Of a stretch of DNA of 64,000 nt, positions 9,174 through 18,900 are shown piece by piece. A program made the position numbers and the translations under genes. Numbering within the stretch: the first letter of the stretch is position 1; each line of letters begins with the position of its first letter. The DNA comes from Acidimicrobiia bacterium (GTDB lineage: Bacteria > Actinomycetota > Acidimicrobiia > Spongiisociales > ZC4RG35), in NCBI GenBank assembly GCA_035550735.1, contig DASZOM010000033.1:17444-81443 (forward strand), in the 5' to 3' direction. A model generated the notes under the pieces. It made no database searches. It saw only the letters and a list, made by a program, of their open reading frames with translations, and was not told where the DNA came from.

Positions 9174-9952
9174 GCGACCTGGGGGAGGTGCTCGCCCAAC
9201 AGGTCCTTGGCCCGATCAACCAATCCGGCGGGAAGGTCGCCCTCCTCCAACGAGAAGTGCTCGCCGAGGCGGCGCCCGATGCTTCTCATCACGAGCTCCG
9301 TGGTGATCCCGGGCGACTGGTCCGCGAGTGATCCCGCGGTCCGTGGGTCCCAATCGAGCCCGAGCGCCCGGTACACCGGGACCAGCACGTCACGGATGCG
9401 GTGGCCCTCGTCGACCACGACCACACCGCCGATGTGGGCGGCATGTCTCACCAGACGCTGGCCGACACCCATCACCTTCACCTTCCCGGCGACGTTTACC
9501 GACCATCGGCCCGGGCAATACTCGCCGGGCAGCTCCCCGATCCGGGCATCGACACCGAGATCGTCGAAGGCATCGGCCATTATCCCGGCGACCAGCTCGA
9601 AGCGCTCCTGTATCCCGGTGCGGGGGTCGGCGAGCGGGAGGGCTAGCGAGAACGCGATCGTCGCCTCGTGGAAGACGGCGGCCCTGCCGCCGGCGAGACG
9701 CTCGACCGCCTCGAACCCGTGCGCCCGGGCGGCGCGCACCGCCGATTCGTAACCGGCGGTGACCCGATCGGCCCTCCCGAAGGCGACCACGGGACCGGGG
9801 ACATGGAGCCTGATGGTCCCGCCGATGTCGCCGTCCGAGACCGCGGTGAGCAGGGCGTGGCTGACCGCCGTGTCTAGTGGGCCGGGGTAGCCGGCGCGGA
9901 TCAGCCTCAGGCAATTCACCGTAATCAGCATATGTAGGGCGACAATGAACAA
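9170..9952 (-). CDS. Lipoate-protein ligase / octanoyltransferase family catalytic-domain protein (LplA/LipB/LipM-like)
   Basis: It has a BPL/LPL catalytic-domain pattern (GRWSVNVAGKVKVMGVGQRL). The TTG at 9952 is the first start-like codon, and an alternative ATG is at 9931. Its stop overlaps the aroQ-fusion start (ATGA). Confidence 0.65.
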   Translation of the reverse strand: MFIVALHMLITVNCLRLIRAGYPGPLDTAVSHALLTAVSDGDIGGTIRLHVPGPVVAFGRADRVTAGYESAVRAARAHGFEAVERLAGGRAAVFHEATIAFSLALPLADPRTGIQERFELVAGIMADAFDDLGVDARIGELPGEYCPGRWSVNVAGKVKVMGVGQRLVRHAAHIGGVVVVDEGHRIRDVLVPVYRALGLDWDPRTAGSLADQSPGITTELVMRSIGRRLGEHFSLEEGDLPAGLVDRAKDLLGEHLPQVA

Positions 9953-10023
9953 TTCGGCACTGTGGAACGATTTGGAAAGGCGACCTCGTTGATGTCGCGA
10001 ATGAGCCCGGGGACAACTCTCGG

Positions 10024-10782
10024 ATGAGGCGGCGGCTGCGTCTCGTGTCGCTCGGCGCCCTGGCGGGGGTCACCCTCGCCGGGTGTGGCGCGTATCCGTT
10101 GCAGTCCCTCGGCAACCGGAGCTCGGAATGGATCAACGAGCCCACCGTCCCCACCACCCTCGAAGTGGTCACCACCGCACCGACGGTGATCCCGGTGAGC
10201 AACCTGCAATGGTCGAACGATGTCATCGAGACCCAGAATCTCTCCGACCCGGCGGCTCTCCTCGCCGAGATCTTCGACAGACGGGAAGGCGATCGATTCA
10301 TCCAGGCGAGTCGTCTCGAGATCGCCACCGCCCTACCCGACGTGGCATTCCCCGGTCTCGCTCCACCCACTGCGCAGTGGGTCTCCTCCCAGCTCGTGTT
10401 CAACGACGACGGGACCATCTCGGACGACCCCAGCGCCGCATTCGGCATCTGGTCGGCGGAGCCGTATACGAGATCGCGCTCGGTGGCTCAGATGGTGGTG
10501 CTGAGGGTGTACAACGACCCGGAGGAGGCTGCCGAGGTCGCCGAGAGCGGCGAGGCCAGCTGTGCCCGTTTCGCCGACGAGACGACAGACCAATGCGAGA
10601 TCATCGACGTCGGGGGGCGTGACACCTGGGCGCTCGCCGGGCCAGGAGGGTCGACTCTGGTCTGGTTCGAAGGCACTTACAGGTACGAGCTCTACGGACG
10701 CACGTTCATCCCGGTAAGCACCCTGCGCGAAATGAGCTCCGAGATGGTCCCGCTGGCTGCGATTGACTCCGGGTCGTCGTAA
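10024..10782 (+). CDS. Hypothetical lipoprotein
   Basis: MRRRLRLVSLGALAGVTLAGCGA gives a signal peptide plus a lipobox. No recognisable domain was found. Confidence 0.55.
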   Translation: MRRRLRLVSLGALAGVTLAGCGAYPLQSLGNRSSEWINEPTVPTTLEVVTTAPTVIPVSNLQWSNDVIETQNLSDPAALLAEIFDRREGDRFIQASRLEIATALPDVAFPGLAPPTAQWVSSQLVFNDDGTISDDPSAAFGIWSAEPYTRSRSVAQMVVLRVYNDPEEAAEVAESGEASCARFADETTDQCEIIDVGGRDTWALAGPGGSTLVWFEGTYRYELYGRTFIPVSTLREMSSEMVPLAAIDSGSS

Positions 10783-10809
10783 CGTCGGTGTCCGGCAGGG
10801 AGTCGACAC

Positions 10810-12699
10810 ATCTACCACAGCGGTGGCTGGTGGAGCTATCTCAAGTACGACGAGGAGCAAGACCGGCCTGACATCGACAGGGCGCTTCTGCGCCGGGTTT
10901 GGGCCTATGGAAGGCCTTATCTGCGCGGCCTGTTGGGGATCCTCTTCACCATCGTCGTGATCTCCTCGCTCTCGGTGGTGCCGGCGATCCTCATCCGGCT
11001 CCTCCTCGACGAGGCCCTGCCCAACAGGGACGTCGGCCAGCTCACCGTGCTCGGGATCCTCATGATCGCCGTCCCCCTGGTCATCGCCCTGGTCGGCGTC
11101 GTGCAGCGTTGGCTGTCCTCGAAAGTCGGGGAGGGGATCATCTTCGACCTGCGCCGCGAGCTCTACACCCACCTGCAGCGGATGTCCCTCCGCTTCTTCA
11201 CCGCCACCAAGACCGGTGAGCTGATGAACCGTCTCAACAGCGACGTCGTCGGCTCGCAACAGGCGATCACGGGCACCTTCGTCACCATCGCCTCCAACCT
11301 GGTGTCAGTGGTGGTCATCCTGGTCGTGATGCTCCGGGCCAGTTGGCTGCTGACCCTTCTCGCCGTCGCCGCGCTACCCCTTTTCGTCATCCCGGCGCGA
11401 CGCGTCGCGAAGGTGCTCCGCCGGATAACCCAACAGCAGATGGAGCACGAGGCCCGGATGTCCGGGATCCTCCAGGAGTCGTTCAACGTCAGCGGTGCCC
11501 AACTGATCCGATTGTTCGGGCGTTGGGATACGGAGCGGGAGCGCTTCTCCACGGTGGCCGGGCTGGTGCGGGACTACGGAGTGCGTCGAGCCATGGTGGG
11601 CCGGGGCTTCTTCGCCGCTTTGGGGCTCGTCGCCGCGGTGGGAACAGCCGCCGTGTTCTGGGTGGGCGGCCTCATGGTCATCAACGGCGAGATCACCGAT
11701 GGCACCGTGATCATGTTCTCCACACTGCTCGTCCAGTTCTACGGGCCGCTCTCGGCCCTCACCAATTCCCGAGTCGAGTTCGCCACATCCCTGGTCTCCT
11801 TCGAGAGGGTCTTCGAGGTGCTCGACCTGGAGACGGACATACCGGCGCCGGACGACCCGCGGCCGATCCACGGGCCGGGCCGGGTGGAGTTCGAGAACGT
11901 TTGGTTCCGATACCGGGGCGAGGGCCCCGAGGGACTGGAGGCGGTGCGCAGGTTCAGCTGGCACTCCGGTGGGGAGGTGGCCGCCATCGCGGCTCCCGCC
12001 TCGACCAGGGAATGGGCACTCGAGGACGTCAGCTTCGTCGCCGAGCCGGGGACGCTGACCGCCCTGGTCGGGCCGTCCGGGGCCGGCAAGACGACCATCT
12101 CCTATCTCCTGCCCAGGCTCTACGACGTCACCCGGGGCCGTGTCCTCGTGGACGGGGTCGACGTACGCCACGCCGCCCTCGAGGATCTGACGGAGAAGAT
12201 CGGTGTGGTCACCCAGGAGACGTATCTCTTCCACGACACCATCGCCGCCAACCTGAGATACGCCCGACCCGACGCCAGCCACGAGGATCTGGTGGCTGCA
12301 GCCACCGCGGCCAACATCCAGGAGATGATCGACCGTCTCCCCGACGGCTACGACACGGTCGTGGGTGAGCGCGGCTACCGGCTCTCCGGTGGCGAGAAGC
12401 AGCGGATCGCCATCGCCCGCGTGGTGCTCAAGGACCCCGCAATCCTCGTGCTCGACGAGGCGACATCTCATCTCGACTCCCGGTCGGAGGCCCTCATCCA
12501 GGAGGCACTGGAGACGCTCATGGAGGGACGCACCTCCATCGTGATCGCCCACCGGCTCTCCACGGTTCGCGCCGCCGATCAGATCCTGGTCATCGACGAG
12601 GGCCGCATCGTCGAGCGAGGCACCCATGCTTCGCTTCTCGCCGACGGCGGCCTCTACTCGGAGCTGAGCCGGACCCAGTTCGAGGGGATGGCGGTCTAG
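10810..12699 (+). CDS. ABC exporter, fused permease/ATPase (MsbA-like type I exporter); start codon uncertain
   Basis: It has six N-terminal TM helices, Walker A GPSGAGKT, the signature LSGGEKQRIAIAR, and Walker B ILVLDEATSHLD. The first canonical start is the TTG at 10933. The conserved ABC N-terminus (GGWWSYLKYDEEQDRPDIDRALLRRVWAYGRPYLRGL) is encoded in frame upstream with no ATG/GTG/TTG. An ATC at 10810 is preceded by GGGAG at a 7-nt spacing. Confidence 0.7.
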   Translation: MYHSGGWWSYLKYDEEQDRPDIDRALLRRVWAYGRPYLRGLLGILFTIVVISSLSVVPAILIRLLLDEALPNRDVGQLTVLGILMIAVPLVIALVGVVQRWLSSKVGEGIIFDLRRELYTHLQRMSLRFFTATKTGELMNRLNSDVVGSQQAITGTFVTIASNLVSVVVILVVMLRASWLLTLLAVAALPLFVIPARRVAKVLRRITQQQMEHEARMSGILQESFNVSGAQLIRLFGRWDTERERFSTVAGLVRDYGVRRAMVGRGFFAALGLVAAVGTAAVFWVGGLMVINGEITDGTVIMFSTLLVQFYGPLSALTNSRVEFATSLVSFERVFEVLDLETDIPAPDDPRPIHGPGRVEFENVWFRYRGEGPEGLEAVRRFSWHSGGEVAAIAAPASTREWALEDVSFVAEPGTLTALVGPSGAGKTTISYLLPRLYDVTRGRVLVDGVDVRHAALEDLTEKIGVVTQETYLFHDTIAANLRYARPDASHEDLVAAATAANIQEMIDRLPDGYDTVVGERGYRLSGGEKQRIAIARVVLKDPAILVLDEATSHLDSRSEALIQEALETLMEGRTSIVIAHRLSTVRAADQILVIDEGRIVERGTHASLLADGGLYSELSRTQFEGMAV

Positions 12700-13070
12700 G
12701 CACCCCGGGTCAGGTTCTCGAAGAGAAGCCGTTGGGTGGGGGCGAGCAGCAGGACCTCGCCGTCGGTGGACATCCACAGGTGGGGCCCGGCCTTGAGCCA
12801 GACCCGGCGGGGGAGGCTGTCGAGATTGCGCCGCTTGCGGGCACTGGGTGGCGCGTACACCAGCACCTCGGTTGCCGGTGCTCCCAGCGCATCGATCGGG
12901 CCGACCAGGTCGTAGCTGCCGAACAGGGCGGCTATCGCCTCGGACGGGTCGACCGCACCGACGTCCGAGAGCCAGTCGATTCGGCCGCAGTCCTCGCACG
13001 CGGCCACGGCGATCCTGCCCACCCAGACCGGCTTGTGCTCGCACCAGGTCTCGTAGTCCATGCCCGTCAA
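12696..13070 (-). CDS. Hypothetical small protein (124 aa)
   Basis: The ORF has protein-like composition (MTGMDYETWCEHKPVWVGRIAVAACEDCGRIDW...) and lies downstream of the universal stress protein gene. No domain was recognised. Confidence 0.4.
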   Translation of the reverse strand: MTGMDYETWCEHKPVWVGRIAVAACEDCGRIDWLSDVGAVDPSEAIAALFGSYDLVGPIDALGAPATEVLVYAPPSARKRRNLDSLPRRVWLKAGPHLWMSTDGEVLLLAPTQRLLFENLTRGA

Positions 13071-13128
13071 GGTAGGGACGGGGTGGGACAGATTCTCCGG
13101 GCCCGGCCAACCGCTCCGATTTGACCCC

Positions 13129-13638
13129 TCAGAGCTCGAGGATCGGGATCTCCATGGTGTCCTCGATGCGGGCCCCCGGCACCAGTAGAACCGGCAGATG
13201 GGAGTTCACCATCACCCGTGCCGAGACGCTTCGCCACGCCTCCTCGGTGAAGAGGCGCCGGGTCGCACCCATCACCACCAGCTCGGCGTCGACCAGCTGT
13301 GCGGTCGAGATGATCGCCTCGGCCGGGTCATCGCCGTCGACGAAGCGGATGTCACAGGAGATGTCCTCGGCTGCGAGGGCGGCGCAGATGGGATCGACGG
13401 CTCGTCGACCCCGTTCCTCTAGGTAGGCGGCAGCCCTTTCCTCCTCGCTGGATTGGGGATTGGGGGCGTCGTCGAGAAAGGATCGGCGAACGTCGTCGTC
13501 GAGGGATTCGAGGAAGGATCGGGGGACCTGGATCACGGTCATCACGGTCACGGAGGTCTCGTCGCCGATGAGCTGGCGGCAGAACTCGGCGGTTGGGGCC
13601 GCGGGCAACACGCCGGTAGTGGCTATGAGGATCCGCAC
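13129..13638 (-). CDS. Universal stress protein (UspA family)
   Basis: MRILIATTGVLP...LVVMGATRR...HLPVLLVP is the typical Usp fold signature. Confidence 0.75.
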   Translation of the reverse strand: MRILIATTGVLPAAPTAEFCRQLIGDETSVTVMTVIQVPRSFLESLDDDVRRSFLDDAPNPQSSEEERAAAYLEERGRRAVDPICAALAAEDISCDIRFVDGDDPAEAIISTAQLVDAELVVMGATRRLFTEEAWRSVSARVMVNSHLPVLLVPGARIEDTMEIPILEL

Positions 13639-13675
13639 GCCGGAACATTAGGGTGGCGCATCCGGTTACGCAGAG

Positions 13676-14179
13676 GTGCCAGTGGATCCCGAGACGGTCA
13701 ACAAAGTGACGTGGAAGATCCCCAATGCGCTGGCATTGGTGGGCTCCGCCTCGGACGGCGAGTACAACGGCATGACGACGAGCTGGATCAGCCAACTCTC
13801 CATGGAGCCGGTGTTGGTCGGCATCGGTGTCGACAACAAGGCACTCACCCATCGGCTCGTGTCCGAAGGCGGTTCGTTCACTGTCAACCTCTGGTCGTCT
13901 GCGGACACCCGTCCCTTCGTCAAGTTCTCCAAGCCCGCGGTGCGGGACGGGGACACCCTCAACGGATACGCTTTCTCCACCGCCACGACCGGGGCGCCGG
14001 TGTTCTCCGACTCGATCGCCTGGATGGATTGCGAGGTGCGCCAGTCGATCGATCTGGGAACGCACACCCTGTTCCTGGGCGAGGTGGTAGACGCCGGGGT
14101 CAACGACGACGACACCCGGGCGGCGGCGATCTCGGACACCAGGATGAAGTACGGCGGCGTCAGGCGCGGCGGTCACTGA
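13676..14179 (+). CDS. Flavin reductase family protein (NAD(P)H:flavin oxidoreductase, HpaC-like)
   Basis: The flavin_reduct domain pattern is present (NGMTTSWISQLSMEPVLVGIGVD). It has a GTG start. Confidence 0.75.
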   Translation: MPVDPETVNKVTWKIPNALALVGSASDGEYNGMTTSWISQLSMEPVLVGIGVDNKALTHRLVSEGGSFTVNLWSSADTRPFVKFSKPAVRDGDTLNGYAFSTATTGAPVFSDSIAWMDCEVRQSIDLGTHTLFLGEVVDAGVNDDDTRAAAISDTRMKYGGVRRGGH

Positions 14180-14195
14180 GAGCAGGGAGCGGGAA

Positions 14196-14972
14196 TTGGA
14201 GATATCCGTCGAGGGCAAGGTCGCCCTGGTCACCGGGGGAAGTCGCGGCATCGGCCAGGCGACCGCCTTGGAGCTCGCCAGGAGTGGTGCCAGAGGTGTG
14301 GTCATCACCTCCCGCAAGCAGGAGAACGTCGACGATTCACGCTCGGAGTTGATCTCGGCCGGGGTGGAGGGTGACCGGGTCGTGGCGCTCGCCGCCCGCG
14401 CCGACGACGAGGAAGCCGCCACCGAGGCGGCCCGGGCCACGGTCGATCTCTTCGGCGCCTGCGACATACTGGTCAACAATGCCGGTACCAACCCCGCCTT
14501 CGGGAACCTCATGGAGGTCGACCTCGGTGCGCTCGACAAGACCTGGGCCGTCAACATGCGGGCACCTCTCCTCTGGGCCCGGGCCGTATTCCACGGGTGG
14601 ATGGGGGAGCATGGCGGCTCGATCGTCAATGTCGCCTCCGTCGCAGGGCTCCGTCCCAGCCCGATGATGGGCGCCTACAACATCTCCAAGGCCGGTCTCA
14701 TCCACCTGACCCGTCAGCTCGCCTTGGAGCTGGCTCCCAAGGTCCGGGTCAACGCGGTCGCCCCGGCCGTGGTGAAGACCCGTCTCGCCGGGCTGCTCCT
14801 TGAGGACGAGCGGGCCACCGCGGCGATGCATCCTCTGGGCAGGGTGGGCGAGCCGGAGGATGTGGCGCGGATGATCGTGTTCCTCGGTTCGGACGCTTCG
14901 AGCTGGATGACCGGTGTCACCGTTCCCGTGGACGGGGGCGTGTTGGGTGCCGGATCTTCGGGAATCTCATGA
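14196..14972 (+). CDS. Short-chain dehydrogenase/reductase (SDR)
   Basis: It has TGGSRGIG cofactor-binding, NNAG, and the catalytic YNISKAG motif. Confidence 0.85.
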   Translation: MEISVEGKVALVTGGSRGIGQATALELARSGARGVVITSRKQENVDDSRSELISAGVEGDRVVALAARADDEEAATEAARATVDLFGACDILVNNAGTNPAFGNLMEVDLGALDKTWAVNMRAPLLWARAVFHGWMGEHGGSIVNVASVAGLRPSPMMGAYNISKAGLIHLTRQLALELAPKVRVNAVAPAVVKTRLAGLLLEDERATAAMHPLGRVGEPEDVARMIVFLGSDASSWMTGVTVPVDGGVLGAGSSGIS

Positions 14973-15931
14973 GAAAGGGACAATTGATGCAAAGAGTCGG
15001 CATCGGCTTCCTCTTGATCGCGGCGGGCGCCGCCCTCTGGGGAACCGACGGGTTGTTCCGCCGAGCGTTGGCCTTCGAGATGCCGGCGCCGGCGGTGGTG
15101 CTCTGGGAGCACCTGATTCTGGTGGCGCTGACGGCACCATTACTGGTTCGCTTCTTCCGAAACCGTCCCGACCTGAACGGTAAGGACGTCGTCTCCCTGC
15201 TCTTCGTGGGGGCGGGGGCTTCGGCAGTGGCGACCATCCTCTTCACCCAGGCATTCGTCTATGGCGACCCAACCACCCCGCTGCTGATCCAGAAGACTCA
15301 GCCCGTGATCGCCGTGCTGGGGGCCTATCTGTTGCTCGGCGAGCGGCTGCTTCCGAGATACGGCTGGTACTTCCTGTTCGCCGTCGGCGGGGCCTATCTG
15401 ATCGCCTTCCCCGATCCGTCACGAGTAGGTGTCAGCCGTCTGGCTCCCGCCCTGCTCTCGCTGGGGGCGGCGGCGCTCTGGGGGATGGGGACGGTCCTCG
15501 GACGGCACCTCACACACAAGATCCCCACCCAGGAGCTCACCGCCCTCCGTTTCGCCATTGGATTGCCCACCGCATTGGCGATCGTGCTCATCAGGGGGGA
15601 GGGTGGGGCGGCGTGGGACGTCTCGATCAGCCAGTTCTGGGCGCTGGTCGTCCTCTCACTCGTGCCCGGTCTGGCGGCCCTGATGATCTATTACAGAGGT
15701 CTCTCCTCGACCCCAGCGTCGAGTGCCACGCTTGCCGAACTGGCCTTCCCGCTCACGGCGATCCTCATCGGTTGGGGGGTGTTCGACACCGCCCCGACGG
15801 CGACGCAATGGGCGGGCATCGCGGTGCTCTCCGGGACGATCGTCGTGATGAGCCGTGCCGCGCAGAGAGGTGCGGAAGCTCTCGGGGTGCGAGCACTGCA
15901 ACCGGCGGTGGAGACCGGCGCCAGGCGTTAG
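14969..15931 (+). CDS. DMT superfamily (EamA-like) transporter
   Basis: There are about 10 predicted TM helices with duplicated EamA-like halves. The start overlaps the SDR stop (ATGA), and an alternative ATG is at 14987. Confidence 0.7.
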   Translation: MRKGQLMQRVGIGFLLIAAGAALWGTDGLFRRALAFEMPAPAVVLWEHLILVALTAPLLVRFFRNRPDLNGKDVVSLLFVGAGASAVATILFTQAFVYGDPTTPLLIQKTQPVIAVLGAYLLLGERLLPRYGWYFLFAVGGAYLIAFPDPSRVGVSRLAPALLSLGAAALWGMGTVLGRHLTHKIPTQELTALRFAIGLPTALAIVLIRGEGGAAWDVSISQFWALVVLSLVPGLAALMIYYRGLSSTPASSATLAELAFPLTAILIGWGVFDTAPTATQWAGIAVLSGTIVVMSRAAQRGAEALGVRALQPAVETGARR

Positions 15932-18900
15932 CCCCGGTAGGTCAGGCCGCGCGGGGCGGCGGCGAAGCCCCATTCCCGCAGGGCCGAGGCCAGTGGTGAG
16001 GTGGGGGCCGGGTCGCCGTTCACCGTGGCCAGCGTCAGCCGCCGATGACGCCCGGCGACTGTGGCGAGGGCCCCTGACACCTCGCCGAACCGGTCCGGTG
16101 TCGTGTCGAGAAGAGTCAAGCCACGCCGACCCTTGTCGAGGTAGCCGATCAGCCGCCCTCCGTGGAGGAGGACATACGCGCCGGCATCACGGGCGAGACG
16201 GGTGTCCTCCAGATCGGGCCAGGGAAGCACGGCTCCGTAGGGGTTGGCAGGGTCGGTGGCAGCGAGCACCGCGATCTCGGGCTCGGTCTCGGAGCGGAGC
16301 CTGTCCACCGCTCCGGGGAGGGCGAACTGCGACCCGCCGAGACCCTCGACGAAGTATCCGCGCCGGATCCTCCCGGTGTCCTCGAGATGGCTGTACACGG
16401 CGTAGAGGGCGCTGAACCCGCCGGGGAGTCCCTCGGCGAGGACGGTGCTCCTGGTCACCACCCCGTGCCGGTCCAACAGCAACTCCGCCCAAGCGGCGTG
16501 ACGTTCGGTCTCCGTCGCCGGCGTCCTGGCGAGATGCTCGGTGAGTGACCACCTGCCCTGGGCGTGTGCCGGGAAGCGGCTGGACAGGGAGGGGCGTCCC
16601 CCGCTGCGGGTCTTTCGCCTCGACACGTAGGCGCGCACCGGGGAGAACGTGTCGTTGGTGACATAGCCGGACCAGACCAGCTCCCAGAGGGCATCGAGAG
16701 CCGTCTCGGGGTCGCCGCCACCGGTCTCGCGGTAGATGTCGGCGAAGAAGCTGGCGCCCTGCGAGCCGAGGGCGTCGAGGATGGCCTCGCCGACCGGATC
16801 GGGCTGGTAGGAGGGATCGGGGCCGGCCCACAGTGTCGGGAGTGACTCCCGGGGGAACAGGGCGACCTTTCCGTCCCGCGTCCCGAGGTGCCCCGACCCG
16901 ACCCAGACCAGGTCGCCGGAGAGCATCAGCTCGTCGAGGTGAGTGCCGGCGTCGCCGATCCTGGCGGCGAGCACGTCACGCTCCAAGGTCGAGGCAGGTA
17001 TCGGCGCCCCGGTCAGCTTGCGCAACGCGTCGGCCATGGCGCTTCGTCCCCGGGGTGGCGTGTTGCCGACGCCCTGCCAGGCCACCTCGAAACGGGCCAG
17101 GGCCGCCGGTTCGACTGGCTCGATCTCGGCGCGGAGGACGGCGAGGGAACGCCGCTTCAGCCGCTTGAGCACGGTCTCGTCCACCCACTCCCGACCCTGG
17201 CCACCGGGCCGGAACGCACCTTGGGTCACCCGTCCTGCCTGCTCCAGCCGGGTCAGGGCCGTCTCGACGACCCCGACAGGGAGACCGAGGGCCCGGGCCG
17301 CCTCGTCGGCCACGAAGGGGCCATGGGTGCGTGCGTAACGACCCATGACGTCGCCGAGGGGATCGGCGACCGGTTCGAGGAAGACATGAGGGACGCCGGC
17401 GGGCGGCTGGACGCCGAGCCCGTCTCGAAGACGCGCCAGGTCCTCGATCGCAGCCCAGCGCCGGTTGCCGGAGATCACCACCTCGACGACGCGTCGCGCC
17501 TCTAGAAGCTGTTCCAGGGCGGTGGTGACCGAGACCCCCTCGCTGCGCACCTCGATGTCCACCGTGCTCAGCGGTCCCAGGTCGCGGAGCAGGTCGTGGA
17601 TGGCGTCGGGGTGACGTGCCCGGCGGCCGTCGGTGAGATGCTGCAACTCCAGCTCGACCGCCACCACCACCTCGGGGTCGATCAGCTCGCGGAGCTCGCC
17701 CTCGCCGAGGAGCTCGCGGAGTAGATCGCGATCGAGGGTCAGTGCCGCCGCCCGTCGCTCGGCCAGAGGGGTGTCGGCCTCGTACATGTAGGCGGCGACG
17801 AACGAGAACAGCAGCGAAGTGGCGAAGGGGCTGGGGCTGTGGGTGTCCACTGCGACCAGACGGACCCTCCGGGAGCGAATGTCCCCGAGCACCTGCTGGA
17901 GTGCCGGCAGGTCGAAGTCGTCCTGGAGGATCTCGCGATACACCTCTAGGAGGATGGGGAACGACCCGAATTGCTTGGCCACGCCGAGCAGATCGGCGGA
18001 GCGACGTCTCTGCAGCCAGAGCGGGGTGCGCTCCCCGGGTCGGCGGCGGGGGAGGAGCAGGGCGCGTCCCGCCGCCTCGCGAAACCGGGCGGCGAAGAGG
18101 GCGGAGTCGGCGAGGTGCTCGATGAGCAGGCCCTCCACTTCCTCGGGCTCGACCATCAGATCGTCGGCGGTGGGTGGGTCGTCGGAGTCGGGGAAGCGGA
18201 ACGCCATCCCGTCGTCGGACCACACCGCGTCCACGTCGCTCCCGTAGCGGGCGCGAAAACGGTGACGCAGCGCCATGGCCCAGGGTGCGTGGATGCGGGC
18301 GCCGAGCGGGGAGAGCAGCACGACCCGCCAGTCGCCGATCTCGTCCTGGAACCGCTCCACGACCACGGTTTGGTCGGTGGGCAGCGCTCCTGCGGCCTCA
18401 CGCTCCTCTTCGAGATAGGCGACCAGGTTGCGGGCGGCGAATTCGTTCAGGCCGAACTCGGATCTGAGACGCTCCATGGCCTCGTCGTCGCCCAGGGCAG
18501 ACGTCTCCCGGACGAATCGCCCCACCGCCTGGCCGGTCTCGAGTGGGCGACCGAGGGTGTCGCCATGCCAAAACGGTGTCTTGGCGGCGGATTCGCCCGG
18601 AGCAGGGACCACCTCCACCTTGTCATGGGTGATCTGACTGATGCGCCAGGCACTCGAGCCGAGCAGGAACACATCGCCTTCCCGTGACTCGTACACCATC
18701 TCCTCGTCGAGCTCGCCCACTCGGCTCCCGTCGGGAAGGGTGACCCGGTAGAGCCCGCGGTCGGGGATGGTCCCGACGTTGGTGACGGCCAGCTGTCGGG
18801 CCCCGGGGCGGGCGGTGACCTCACCGGTGGCCCGGTCCCAGTTGATGCGGGGCCGCAGCTCGGCGAAGAGGTCGGAGGGATACCGGCCCGCCAGCATGTC

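Noticed and set aside
11374-13110. 578-aa minus-strand ORF
   Set aside because: It is Arg/Gly/Pro-rich low complexity, antisense to the ABC exporter, and typical of high-GC shadow frames. The same reasoning applies to 6709..7779(+), 13352..14629(-), 16976..18223(-), 19000..20250(+), 19328..20344(-), 25504..26736(+), 28446..29171(+), 32279..33367(-), 33583..35355(-), 36815..38206(+), 39307..40869(-), 47103..48056(-), 48779..49753(-), 49741..50568(-), 50933..51835(-), 52005..53084(+), 53188..54774(-), 55036..56562(-), 58032..59276(+), 59005..60396(+) and 62464..63843(+).
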